62,921 nucleotides of DNA, filler included, from Sphacelaria rigidula (GCA_964200075.2; 9 parts of 9 records of this genome joined end to end with filler, not necessarily neighbours in it), one strand, 5' to 3'. Counted from the first letter of the whole stretch, positions 12,543 through 23,640 are shown. The notes: a model not told the origin generated them from the sequence alone. Program-made: numbers and translations.

Positions 12543-13071
12543 TGTTACGGCGGATGTAGGTTGTACATGTAGTAGGTGTTTCGAAGCACGCGTTCCATGT
12601 GCAGTAGGTCGTATTCCATTCGCATATTGGTGCTCAGTTCCAGTTTGATTTTGCGCACCCGGTCTGTCACAAGTTCCAGCTACCTAGCAAAGTCGTTTGG
12701 CTACCTAGCAGCGCCTCATAACAAAAACTATCAGCCACCCCTTGGAGACATCTCGCTTGCAAGCAGCACTTCTCTGCACGTGAAAGTGGATCTATGTTTC
12801 GCCTTATGATGTAGTGCTGGTCTGTACTCAACGGTCTAGAAGCCACGAGTTGGAGTGTTTCTGCACTCGATTACAGCTGTCACCTTAGTCGGCTGATTGC
12901 ACATCGCAAACCCCGACTGTACTTGTTCCTCGAGAGTGACTCCCACGTCACCTCGTGGCCAGACCACAACAGTTATGTTGTTCTCGCTTTACGTTCACAC
13001 TTAACGAATGACACTCATCCTTTCTTGAGGTCTGTGGTATATCAAGACCGTATCGCGACTCTACCGTGACG
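12543..13071 (+). repeat. Probable LTR with preceding PPT
   Basis: AAGGGAGGGGGA then TGTTACGG; degenerate inverted end CCGTGACG. Confidence 0.5.
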
Positions 13072-13710
13072 CCTTATCGGGGACATACTGGTTACCGGCA
13101 CAGTATCTTGATACATTGCGGCACAATATCTTGACACATTATATGTAAATTTATTCCAGATCTGTTCATCGAGTTATTTTATATTTACCATCTTACGACT
13201 CATGCATTTGGGTTCTGTGGAGCTTTGTCATATTTTGGCTGTACTATTCACAAGATTTGAGAACGATTCGCACCACAGCATTTCACGTCTGAAGGTGTTG
13301 GAACAGACATAGTCACTTGTTGCGGTAGTTTGCAAGGGATGTTTAACACCTGCGGGTTATGTACCAAATCCGTCTAGTTTCATGTCCGAAAGCCCAACGC
13401 TATCAGCGCTTCCCCGGTTCACCCGGTCTAGTCGCGAAAAGCTAGTCGCAAAAATAAAAATAAGAATAAAGAAACAATAGACCACAACTCACGATACCGG
13501 TGGCCCGCATCCTATTGATCCTGTGTCAAACGTGCGTTATGGCTTGATCAATTCGCAGAGAAAGGGGGGAGCTCGCAGCAGCATTAAACCGGGGATTCTG
13601 TCGAATGAGGTTGATCAACGAAATGAGGTTTGAGGAGGCTAGCCAGTATGCGACAAAAACCCGAGGGAAGTACCGTCAACAAGTGCCTTCGATCGATACC
13701 GGGGGGGGGT

Positions 13711-13812
13711 GGGCGTACTCATTTGTTGCTTGCCTTCATCGTTTGACCATTGACCACGCCCCGTCTCGAAAGGTCGATAGTCAAACGACTAAGGCAAGCA
13801 ACCAATGAGTAC

Positions 13813-13816
<4 letters not shown>
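13711..13816. repeat. Palindromic copy of the ATGAGTACG micro-element
   Basis: Arms of ~45 bp (GGGCGTACTCATTTGTTGCTTGCCTT.. / ..AAGGCAAGCAACCAATGAGTACGCCC) with a ~16-nt loop, between a G run and a C run. Confidence 0.85.
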
Positions 13817-13843
<27 letters not shown>

Positions 13844-14007
13844 CACCCGCCCCCCCCCGCACGTCCCCACCCGCCCCGGCGCGCCCTCCCTCGCCTCCTC
13901 CCCCCCCNNNNNNNNNNNNNNNNNNNNNNNNNNNNNNNNNNNNNNNNNNNNTTAATTAATTAANNNNNNNNNNNNNNNNNNNNNNNNNNNNNNNNNNNNN
14001 NNNNNNN

Positions 14008-14225
14008 GACTTGACGGTCGACGAGGGAAAGGGACTGCTGGAGCCCTGTCGCGATAAAGAATAAAGACAAGCACCGCAGAAGGAAGGTGGGGTACTAAAA
14101 ACAAATAAAATAAAAAAAAGCTCCTGTTTTGACCTTCCTTCTGTGTGATCCCGGCTGGTGTGCCCACATATACCGAAAGGTGTAGACTGGTGCCCAGAAT
14201 AGATGGGACGACAACACAACACACA
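14008..14225 (+). mobile_element. SINE family A, cut by the contig start
   Basis: Colinear with 58740-58980 (ACGGTCG.CGAGGG.AAGGGACTGCTG..CGCGATAAA..TGTGTGATCCCGG..CCGAAA..TGTAGAC). Confidence 0.75.
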
Positions 14226-14639
14226 TTCTTTTTTTCACGTCTTAGTTTACTATGCCGTTCTGTTCGACTTTTTTCTCTTCCTTCTTTCCTTGAGCGAGTG
14301 TTTCGGTTGTGCTTTTTCTTGGGTACGTCTACCATGCGACCACGGCTGGACCCCTGGGGGGTCTGTTCAAGTGCGACAATCAATCAATCCACTAATCAAC
14401 ACAACCCACCCCGCCCGTGTGCCGCGAGTATTCTAGACGTGTTGAAAAACATGCATGCAAAATTGACGCTTGATGGGCACGTGTCCCCCCCCATCACGCT
14501 TGAATTATCATCACGTCAAAACTCGTTGGTTATACGGAGCAACACACCCCTTTCCTGGAAGCGAATTTTGAAGCCAACGCCGTGAGGTCGAAAATCTCGT
14601 CAAGAGCAGACCATACTCGCGACCTATCCGGAACATGTA

Positions 14640-14745
14640 CTTCTACTTTCCATTTTATATCCATTTGTCGCACTTTGAACCCCCCCCTGCCCCCCTCCTC
14701 GGGATGAGCCCGTGGTCTCAGGGGATCAACTCATCTCTCCCCCCG
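14640..14745 (-). mobile_element. 3' fragment of SINE family B
   Basis: Similar to ~40270-40365 (CATTT.TCGCACTTTGAACC..CCTCG.GA.GAG.CCGTGGTCT..CTCTCCCCC). Confidence 0.6.
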
Positions 14746-14752
14746 TTGCACA

Positions 14753-14790
14753 ATGGTCTTATGACTATGGCATGCATGATGATGAATACA
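14753..14790 (+). mobile_element. 38-bp micro-insertion (ATGAGTACA subfamily) with 14-bp TSD
   Basis: Flanked by CCCCCCGTTGCACA (14739-14752) and CCCCCCGTTGTACA (14791-14804). Confidence 0.8.
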
Positions 14791-14839
14791 CCCCCCGTTG
14801 TACAGCGGCAACTAGGCTAAGTATTAGTAGCCAACTTAC

Positions 14840-14889
14840 CCGGAGCAACGCTTGCTGTACTCAATGCCGTGCCATCCGTTGTCGTGCAC
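14840..14889 (-). CDS. Mannuronan C-5 epimerase-like gene, fourth visible exon
   Basis: CAG|GTG acceptor and GG|GTAAGT donor. Encodes VHDNGWHGIEYSKRCS, matching the epimerase HDNG.HGII.SKRC motif. Confidence 0.85.
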
Positions 14890-15264
14890 CTGTGTGGGTA
14901 CAACACAGGAGCGTACAGTAGATCAATGGGGAATCAGATCAGCGTCAGTTAGACCGGTTCGGAAATTCCCGCGAAATTTCCTCGGACGAAGATGGTGGAT
15001 GGTCTCGACCGTCCTTGGATACAAGAGTCGGCGGCAAAGTGGACAAGATACTGTATAACGTCCGCTGAGGATGAGAAATCGGAATAACGACGACCGCGAA
15101 ACCCGTCAGCAAACGAGCAATTTCACAGAGAATCCTACTGCGAATCAACTCTAATGGATGAGCAAGCTTTTCAAAGTCTTGGTTTTCAGCTTCTAAAAAC
15201 TGTGCTTGTCAGTTCTAGAGAGCCGTGGCCTTCAAGCCAAGAATATTGTGTTTGTGCTCCTCAC

Positions 15265-15380
15265 GTAGTTGTCAAATATGGTCATGCCATCGCTGTTGTC
15301 CTGCGGGTTCAGTCCATTGAGGTAGTTGTCGTACACCTCGTTGCCGCTCCAGCTGCTGCTGCCTTTCATACCGTAGCAGT
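15265..15380 (-). CDS. Mannuronan C-5 epimerase-like gene, third visible exon (active-site strand)
   Basis: CAG| acceptor and |GTGAGG donor. Encodes (Y)CYGMKGSSSWSGNEVYDNYLNGLNPQDNSDGMTIFDNY; phases match both neighbours. Confidence 0.88.
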
Positions 15381-15603
15381 CTGGACAGCGACGGGCGAGG
15401 GGGCGAGATCTTCAGTGTTTGCCACACCAAAAAGCAAGCAACAAAAAGCGCACCACTAGCTCTGCAAAAAGCAAAGCAACACCCGTGTCTGAAATATTTC
15501 GTTGGGAGAATTTTGCCAAAGCAAGCCACACGATGCCGTTCATTTGACGCCTGTCCAAAAAATCATAACATCGAAACCCTTACAGCCGGCGTCTTGAACC
15601 CAC

Positions 15604-15744
15604 ATGCGCCCATATAGTTGTCGTGGAGCTTGTTGTTGGTGAGCGTTCCGTACACGCCCAGCCTGTCGAAGAGCGTCACGTTGTCACCTCCAGGGTAGCG
15701 GTCGTCGAATCCCAAGACCTTCCACACGAGCCCATAGTCTTCGT
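15604..15744 (-). CDS. Mannuronan C-5 epimerase-like gene, second visible exon
   Basis: CAG| acceptor and T|GTGGGT donor. Encodes (D)EDYGLVWKVLGFDDRYPGGDNVTLFDRLGVYGTLTNNKLHDNYMGA; compare brown-algal YGLTWKVRGF..LFD.V.VYG. Confidence 0.88.
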
Positions 15745-16524
15745 CTGCTCTCGCATTTCAACAGCACAAAGCACAAAGTTGAACACAAACACGGGAAGCG
15801 TGCACATTTTGCGTTCGTGGGGCATGACAAAGGAGGTTCTATGCTAATATGAGCCGTCCTTGACTTTTGCACAGGTACTGTACAAGTGTGAGTTCGACTT
15901 TGGAACGCCCATCGATGGGCGTCTACGACGTTGACAGATGTATCGTACATGCGCGTTCGGCAACGCAAGCTTGCAAAGCGTCAGCACCAAATGCCATAGC
16001 ATCGACACAACGGCGGAATACGACAGCACGCGAGACTAGAGCGGACACGCTCAGGCAGTTTTTACCGGCAAATGTCTATAACAAATGTCCATACCAAGGG
16101 CACACCACACAGCACTCCTCTGCGGCGGTACTAGGACCGAACACGGTTTACTGAGGCAAAGTTGCCAAGTAAGAGGCAACGGTGATCCGCCACTAGACTT
16201 TGCCTTATTGATAAAAATGCTTCCTCCTTCCGAGCAAGCACGTTCAATGGTTCAGAAGCTACATTGAAATAATGCAAAACATGACCCCCCCACCCCCGCC
16301 CACCCCCCCCGGTCTCACCCGGCGCGCGCTCCGGTGTGTGTGAAATGTTACTATTATTTTGAGAGAATTGCAAAATCAGCTGGATGAGTCTTGACGTATA
16401 TCCGTTGCACGCGGCCTCATCGGGCACTTGTCAACATATTTGCATTGTACTCCTGCGCAGCTTACTTCACCTACCTCATGCCCCTCCTCATCCCCTCTTG
16501 TGTCTTTTGTACGCTGTGACTCAC

Positions 16525-16762
16525 CCAGGTCGTTGTGGTAATCCCCCTCGTTACCGAGGTACGAGATCTCGCTGTCTGTCACGTCCATGCGGGAAGTGAA
16601 CGCCTGGCCTTCCGACTCGCTGCTTAGAGCCGCGATGTAGGCCCTGCCCTCAAGACGCTCATCGGGTCCATCCAAAGAGGCATCGTATGACGTAATTGTG
16701 GTACCCATGATGGATATTTTTCCCGGTTGGGCGATGATGGACGCCGCCGAGTCCTCATCGCT
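16525..16762 (-). CDS. Mannuronan C-5 epimerase-like gene, first visible exon
   Basis: TAG| acceptor and G|GTGAGT donor. Encodes SDEDSAASIIAQPGKISIMGTTITSYD..GPDE..GRAYIAALS..RMDVTDSEISYLG; compare TSWD..PD..GRSYI..RMDI.DSEI.YLG. Confidence 0.88.
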
Positions 16763-17032
16763 CTAATGATATGGGGAAAATCGCGGGCGTCGCACGATGG
16801 GACTGTGTTAGAATCAAGCATATGTAGGATGAGGAAGCACGGACAGTGACGGTGACTCGTGTAGCGCGATCGACTGATCAGAAAACTGCACTCTACACTG
16901 TGGTTTTCGTCATGTCCCACCTCCCGGGATTTCCGCTCTAGGGCCTTGATAGATAGATAGGCGGGCTGGCGGTCTCTGTGAGCCGCTGGCGCCTGCTAAT
17001 GAACGCGAGGTATTCATCAGCCCCCGTGCGAG

Positions 17033-17074
17033 GTCGATCATCTTATGACTATGGCATGCATGATCATGAGTACA
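17033..17074 (+). mobile_element. Micro-insertion (ATGAGTACA subfamily)
   Basis: GGTCGATCATCTTATGACTATGGCATGCATGATCATGAGTACA flanked by CCCCGTG on both sides. Confidence 0.7.
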
Positions 17075-18470
17075 CCCCGTGATGAGAAGTCTTCGCGTTG
17101 CACCAGTTATTCTCGCGGATCACATACCGCCAGGCTTTGGGCCAGCGAATGGGCGCGCTAATGAACCCAAAATAAAACCACCACCCCCAGGCGCTGGGAT
17201 GACAGTCTCTCAGGTCATGGATATGGGCCACCAGGACCCGGCATTCGTACGTATGTGGGCAAGCCGATATGGAGATAATGCCAGACTGAGGAGAGGTGCG
17301 GCTACAACGAGCCGCCCCCTTGGTAGAGCATGTCAATAACGCATAAAGGACTGCCTCGAGTAGGAGACGTTCCCGAGTCCACAAGAGAGGGGGACCAATG
17401 TCTTGACGCCGTGTGTGGCTATGTTTTTTTTCAGGCGTTTCTGCCAAAGCGGGTGGTGGTGTCCGGCGTCTGAATTAACTTTGATATAGTAGCCAGCTAT
17501 TTCAGGAGTATATCGAATTGAACATAAGACCTACCTCAATATAACTTGCTACTAGTATACTGATCTTGATCATGAGATATTTAGCTCATTTGGCCCCCCT
17601 TTCCCCGTTTGCTCTCTACAGCGCTGGGCGCACAGCACGTGGAGTAGTAGCGTTTTCACTTATCGGACCTTGCTGTCAGATATACCACGTCTTGTGTGCT
17701 CGGACAAGGGGTCCGAGAGTCCTATTCGATTAGTGATTTTAGGTACAGTAGCTCATGAGCTGTCCGACGTATGAAGACTTTCAAAATCGATAACACAGAA
17801 GCTCAGGTGTTCGTTCATGATGAACAAATCTCCTCCCCCCTCACCACGTCGCCCCGCATGGCGTGTTCTTCGAAGCTTTCGACACGCGGCTTCACCTGCA
17901 CCCCCGCGATGCGGCTAAGATGATCATGTATCACAGTGACAATGGTTTACACGTCGCTGGACGGAATTTTCGAACAGTGTCGTGACACCGGGTATATCTG
18001 TGGCGTAGCTTCGGATTCGGGGCATTTTCGGCGACAATAAACGATGGCTAAGTTACTCCAAAGTTCGAAATTCGACACCTGAAAAACAAATCTTGACGAG
18101 AGGAGTAGAGGGGGGCGATTTTTTAAATATATATATACCTGATTGTTGAGCTCGCCAGAGGTTTTACGGTTTTGCCAGCTGTTACTCTCCACATCACCAC
18201 GTAGCGCTTGTAGGGATATCCCTCCCGTTCCCAGGAGCTTTGTTCTTTGCAACTTACGGGCAGCAACGTTGGACAACACCCCCCCTCTCTTGCACGTGTG
18301 TGAGAAAGGGATCAACGATTTCATCCAAGAGTATTAACGTAGGGATTTGTCATAATCGATAGGATGAGATGTAAGCATTATGGTAATGCCTTTCCGGTCC
18401 CAACAGGTGTCGCTATCCGTATGTTACGGGTCAACAAACGGTAGCCAACAGCCCCCAAGCGTACTCGGGG

Positions 18471-18522
18471 TGTACTCATGATCTTGCATGCCATAGTCAT
18501 ACGACCATCGACCTCAACCTGT
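18471..18522 (-). mobile_element. Micro-insertion (ATGAGTACA subfamily)
   Basis: Flanked by the degenerate direct repeat CAAGCGTACTCGGGG / CAAGCGAACTTGAGG. Confidence 0.65.
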
Positions 18523-18776
18523 CAAGCGAACTTGAGGAGGGAATGAAAAAAAATGATCTAGCGAATATGAAGGACGCCGGGGTATCATAAATCAAGACGA
18601 TGGGACACAGCGTTCGAGGAGACAGTGAGTCGATTTCATCCTTGGAGGAACACGGTGAAGGGTCGCAATTAATCAATAGGGTGTAAGTGTTGTAGTGATA
18701 TATTTTCGGTCCCGACAGGCATCGCCATCAGTACGCTACGGGCCAATACGGTAATAGCAGCCCTGTAAGTGTGGGG

Positions 18777-18902
18777 GGGGCGTACTCATTTGTTGCTTGC
18801 CTTAGTCATTTGACCATTGACCACGCATCCCTTTCGAGACGGAGCACCGTTCCTACTTCTAATAGAGCCACCTCCAACATTCTGGCGCTCATTACGTTCC
18901 TT
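18777..18902 (-). mobile_element. Micro-insertion (ATGAGTACG subfamily) with 16-bp TSD
   Basis: CCCTGTAAGTGTGGGG at 18761-18776 and again at 18903-18918. Confidence 0.8.
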
Positions 18903-20159
18903 CCCTGTAAGTGTGGGGAGGGGATTAAACGACTTCATCCCCAGGATCGGAGTGTAGGGCAGTTATCATGAGGTAATGGGGTATTATATAGTCATTAATT
19001 AATGGGGTATTATATAGCGGCTGTGTAGATACTTTTCCCATTCCCAGGAGTATCCTCATTCGCACGCTACTGGCGAAAACGTCAGGTGACACCCCCTGAG
19101 CGTGCTTGGGGGGGAGATGAAACGATTTCATCCCCTGGGTGGGACAAGAGGGATCCACTAATCGTCAGGGACGGGTGCAGACGTCCTCGTCGTGCGTCTC
19201 CCGTTTCCAAGGACATCGCCATTCGTACCTCATAGGCCAAAACGATCGATATCACCCCCTAGGGGTGCACGGCCAGGAGGGGGTGCGTTGATATTATCCC
19301 CTGGGGGATGGGGATATCCGAATCTCCGGATATTCTACTGTGCTAGTAATACACCCATTATAGTCAGGGTCAGAGCCATTAGTCTGAAATACACGGCAAA
19401 ACGGTACATAATGCCCCCCCTCGATACGGCGGATATCACTCGTCGGGGATGATCGGTATTTTCCCCTGCCGAACTATGCATCCTCCGGCCAAATCCAAGT
19501 TCACCCAATCGACGTTCTTCAGTAATACCCGTCAAGTACCAGGGGTGCACAAAACAAATTCGGCAGAGATACGTACGATCCATAGGCTATGCCCGCGACA
19601 ATACCACAGTCAACACACGAATTTGTTTGCAAGCAGATAAAGCTCAACCACCTACATGACAGCCGGGCAAAAAACACAGCCCACGCACGAGAACTTATCT
19701 ACTTCTGTGCAGTATCAAATCAAGATAAGAGCGGAGCAACACATAAACGGTCAGCAACGACATGTTTTCTCCAATACAGAACAAAGAGTGTTTAGATACT
19801 CATTTGCGGCACAATAACCCATGCGTACAGAGGATATTTTCCAACGGACGAGGGTAAACACAAAAAGTAACCGGGTTGCCTGCTTGTCAATCGTGTACGA
19901 TAAGCTATCGGCTGCTGGCGGTGATCCTTCGTCCGTTTGTGTGGTTCGTTTGTGTGAGGGGTTCGCTTCGCTGGGCGTGTGCGTGCTGTCGTGCTGAGCG
20001 CGCGCGATATGATGCGCCGTCTCTCTTGTGCAGGGTGGATTGAAAACTGTATCGGTTGCCGGCGACAGCACCGTAGTGAAAGCACAATTTCGTTTGCGAG
20101 CAAGTAGAGCCCAACCAAGTGCATGACAGCCGCCGTCAATCCAGTAATTTCTTGCCATA

Positions 20160-20210
20160 CAATATGCGGGTCACGGCCTAACTCGTCTGCGTCGATGAGG
20201 TATTGCTTTG
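20160..20210 (-). repeat. Short dispersed repeat; second copy at ~43875-43925 (+)
   Basis: GCAATA.CTCATCGAC.CAGACGAGTT.GGCCGTGA.CC.CATAT is shared by both copies; possibly a LINE 3' end. Confidence 0.55.
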
Positions 20211-21079
20211 AGCAGCTCGTCATCAGAAATAAAGAAGAGAAAAATGAAAGAGCGAAAGAATGAAACAATAAACATGAAGGAAGGAATACAAAGACAAGAA
20301 GACAGGGCCAGGATCATTTCCGAGGGGGGAGGGGTGGGGGGAAGGGTGCACGCAGAAGAAACAAAAAACAGACAAGAAACCACCAAGAACAAGAGATGGA
20401 CAAATCAGAGATAGAAACCAAATACAGCGAATATTGAAATATCGGATGGCAATTGATGTGACCCAATTTATTTTCTCATCGGTGAAGGAACGAGCTACTG
20501 GATGAGGGCGTGTCTTGAGAGCTGGGCCAGCCTAGAGGCTGCATGAAAGTTTGCAGGCGGATGTGCCGGGCAAAATATAGAGTTGACCCCTGAAATTTGG
20601 TATGGACAATGCACAGAGCATATTAAAAAAGTCGGGAAGAAGCACATGAAGGTTTTGTTTTTTTCTTCGTGAGATAAGGGCGTTTTGCTGAAACCTGAAA
20701 ACGGATTATTGCCCTTAACCCTTTTGGGACCGGGGACCGGACCTCCAGAACGACCAATGAGGCTGGTCAGGAATGACGTGTCTGGCGTCTAAACGAAACA
20801 GTGGCGTGTTGCTGAAAATCCGCATATATATGTAACTGCAGGGTTATGACGAAGACCGAAAGTTTCATCTAGTCTGTTTTCAGGTGCAGGGTGCGCATTA
20901 GGTGGTGTACNNNNNNNNNNNNNNNNNNNNNNNNNNNNNNNNNNNNNNNNNNNNTTAATTAATTAANNNNNNNNNNNNNNNNNNNNNNNNNNNNNNNNNN
21001 NNNNNNNNNNCGTCTAGAATCGTTAGGAGCCTCTGAACCAGACAGAATTCCGCGAAAAAAGTGCACCCCTCCCGTAGCA

Positions 21080-21330
21080 TTGCTCTGCTCCATCTCGAAA
21101 GGGATGCGTGGTCAACGGTCGAACGACTAAGGCAAGCAACAAATGAGTACGCGCCCCAATAAGTGCCTGGTTGGGCAGGCAAAATCTTGACGTAAATCGA
21201 AAAGGGAAAAGCCGAGCACAACGAGGATCTGGGAATTCAACGCTTGGGTTCGTTCTCGTCAATGTCGCTCATATATATATATGAAGCGCTTCATGCAGCC
21301 TGAACCCTAACATCAGGCGCTGTGTGACAA
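21080..21330 (-). mobile_element. GACACT-MITE body joined at its G run to an ATGAGTACG micro-element
   Basis: 21160-21325 matches 45455-45580 (CAGCGCCT.ATGTT.GGGTTCAGGCTGCATGAAGCGC..ATTTACGT.AAGATTTTGCCT); 21085-21151 matches the micro-element. Confidence 0.7.
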
Positions 21331-22603
21331 ATGTGTTTCGTGACAGTTTTGGGCTTTTTATTTTTTATTTATTTCTTTGTTTGGGGGGAGGGGTTATCAT
21401 AGAAAGTGCCAATCATCGCTACGGCAAGAAAAAACAAATCTTCCAGCTCCTCGAGATTATTTCATTTTTGATGTTTGTCTGTATTTTTCACTTCTTGGGG
21501 TGTTCCACTGAATTATTAACGTTGTTTTCGGCCCTTTTAATGCGTGAGAGGCCTGCATCCTTAGAGGATTGCATCGGAGTTCAAATACCCCAACATATAT
21601 ATATATATATATATATATATGAAAACATGCGGTAGTCGGGCCAGCTTTCTCTATTGTCACAAAAGCGTTGTTGAAAGGACAAGAAGAAGGTGTCGCTGCC
21701 TCCTCTCGTGCAGAGCGTCGCAATGTCATACTTGAAGCCTTTATTTGGCACGCGCACCCCGCCAACCAGAACAACACAGCAAATCTGTATCGTACATGTC
21801 ACGGTATATTTAAATACCCGAACTATTGAGTAGAGGCCGAGTGAGAAGGATGTTTCTGTTATTGTTCGGGTTGATTTTCAATCAAGGAGGTTACACTGCT
21901 GCGCTACCAGCGAGCACGCAATCCAAGGATCACCGAATCTTTGCCCCTGTCAGCACATCTGACGAGTGAAAAAATAGATCTACTCACTTCCAAGCCAGAA
22001 TGGTGTACCGTACGCACCGGAATTTACATTCGACCTACCCATCTTCAAGTGAGGAAGTCACAGACTAGGTTTGAACATTGCAACATACATCTTTATAGTG
22101 ATATCCATGAACCTTTTACAACCCCCTTTTCGAACGAGAGTTCACGATCTATCTGTCATCTTAGTTCTGGTGAGAATCAGGGTCAGCCTTGGGGATAGAA
22201 AGATATGCGGTTCGAATCCCGGCATGATCGATTGTAGAAGGAATGAGTTTGACAAGTGGGCAGGCAGGCTTGCGAGGGGCAACGAGCCCCAGAGATCACT
22301 GATGTGTCATGCCGGGACGGACCACACAGCATATATTTTGTTCATGAAGCGAACAGTTTACCCATTGAACCAGTGAGCGCTCACTGGTTTACCAATGGGG
22401 AAACTGCTCGCTCCATGAACATCACTATCCTCACGACTATCGAACCAAGGCAGGTTTGCTTCACGGTGTTGCTTTTTGAAGTTCTCTCTGACAAATTTCA
22501 GAAAAAAAGGTTGGATTCGAGGCGGTCACGGAGCATATTTGTTTCCCTCCCAAGTTCGAAATCAAGGTCGGGACGCGGGAACATGGCTAATGCCGTACTG
22601 CAA

Positions 22604-22885
22604 GCGTTTTCCGGGGCTCATCATCTTTATCACATGGTGGGGATACCGTAGTACGTAGGTCACGCAACACCCGTTTCAGCAAAAAAAACAGCAAAAAAAA
22701 CATGGCGTTTTCTGGGGCTCATGATCACCATCATATGGTAGGGATACCGTAGTACGCAGGTCACGCAGCACCCGCCTCAGCAAAAACAAAAACAGCAAAA
22801 AAAACATGGCGTTTTCTAGGGCTCATCATCGTCATCATATGGTAGGGATAACGTAGTACGTAGGTCATGCAGCACCCGTCTCAGC
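22604..22885 (+). repeat. Tandem repeat, ~2.8 copies of a ~102-bp unit
   Basis: Unit GCGTTTTC.GGGGCTCAT.ATC..CA.ATGGT.GGGATA.CGTAGTACG.AGGTCA.GCA.CACCCG..TCAGC. Confidence 0.9.
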
Positions 22886-23394
22886 CATGGTGACCACCAT
22901 GAAACAACGACAACGAGGCACATATTCATGCAGCACGGCCCCGCCAGGTCGTACGTTTTACTCTGATGCTCTCGCGAGCTGGACTTGATAAGTCAGCCTT
23001 CCACGCGCACAGTCGCCACTACGTTCTTCGAGCACGAAAGTGCCTCCATTTTCGTCTTTCATACGTCCGCCAACCAATCGACGGACATGTAGCATATTCA
23101 TGAAGTTTGCTCTCGTTCGTGGAAAAATCATGCCGTTCGTTGGTGCTACAGCCCTGCCCTCCTTCTACCTTGTTGTTGTTGGGGTTGTTTTCACACACGA
23201 AATCCGGAAGTGTTTCCCCCCTAATCTCACGTTTTCTCGTGGAAATCCTCTATTTTATCGTGGTATAATCACCCTACCGATATGATATATGCACTTTTCG
23301 GATATCCGAGTACCCCCCTTTCGTTGCATCTGTGCTTTCCCCACTCCCCACTCCCCACTCCCCAGTTGAGCAGCCTTGCGAACAGCTCAGTAAG

Positions 23395-23640
23395 ATGGGT
23401 GCCCACGGAATGCACCGCCAGCGATGGAAGACTCCCAGGCCTAACCGCCAACAAGCGACCCGTACGGTAGACAATGGTGTGTCACCTCTCGAGAAGATGA
23501 ACTCGTGGCTGGTGGGCCTTTGCGGAGGCAGAACTCCTCGTGAGGCCGCTCGTGAACCGCCGGAGACAGCACCTTCGAGGGAGACTGAAGAAGCTCGCAG
23601 GAAAAAAGAGCGGATCATCAGATTTAACCCTCACGTAGAG
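23395..23640 (+). CDS. Possible first coding exon of an unknown host gene
   Basis: Runs from ATG to a GAG|GTGAGG donor, 82 codons, GC-rich, ending ..RRKKERIIRFNPHVE. No homology recognised. Confidence 0.35.

Larger units (their letters stand above)
18290..19150 (+). repeat. Diverged tandem repeat interrupted by micro-insertions
   Basis: GGGAT.AACGATTTCATCC recurs at ~18308, ~18921 and ~19115; CGGTCCC.ACAGG..TCGC.ATC.GTA.G.TACGGG recurs at ~18395 and ~18707. Confidence 0.65.

Noticed and set aside
14960-15065. HNH-like peptide CPLCRRLLYPRTVETIHHLRPRK on the minus strand
   Set aside because: It lies in an intron of the epimerase-like gene, lacks the downstream N/H residues and is followed by a stop; probably chance.
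17845-17915. Candidate upstream exon (RIAGVQVKPRVESFEEHAMRGDV) of the epimerase-like gene
   Set aside because: The donor phase fits, but I see no similarity to epimerases, so it cannot be supported without RNA-seq.
20715-20910. TTAA|CCC piggyBac-like end
   Set aside because: The other end is missing at the contig break, so no TIR can be confirmed.
22604-22885. CRISPR-like regular repeats
   Set aside because: Whole units repeat with no unique spacers; eukaryotic context and no cas genes.
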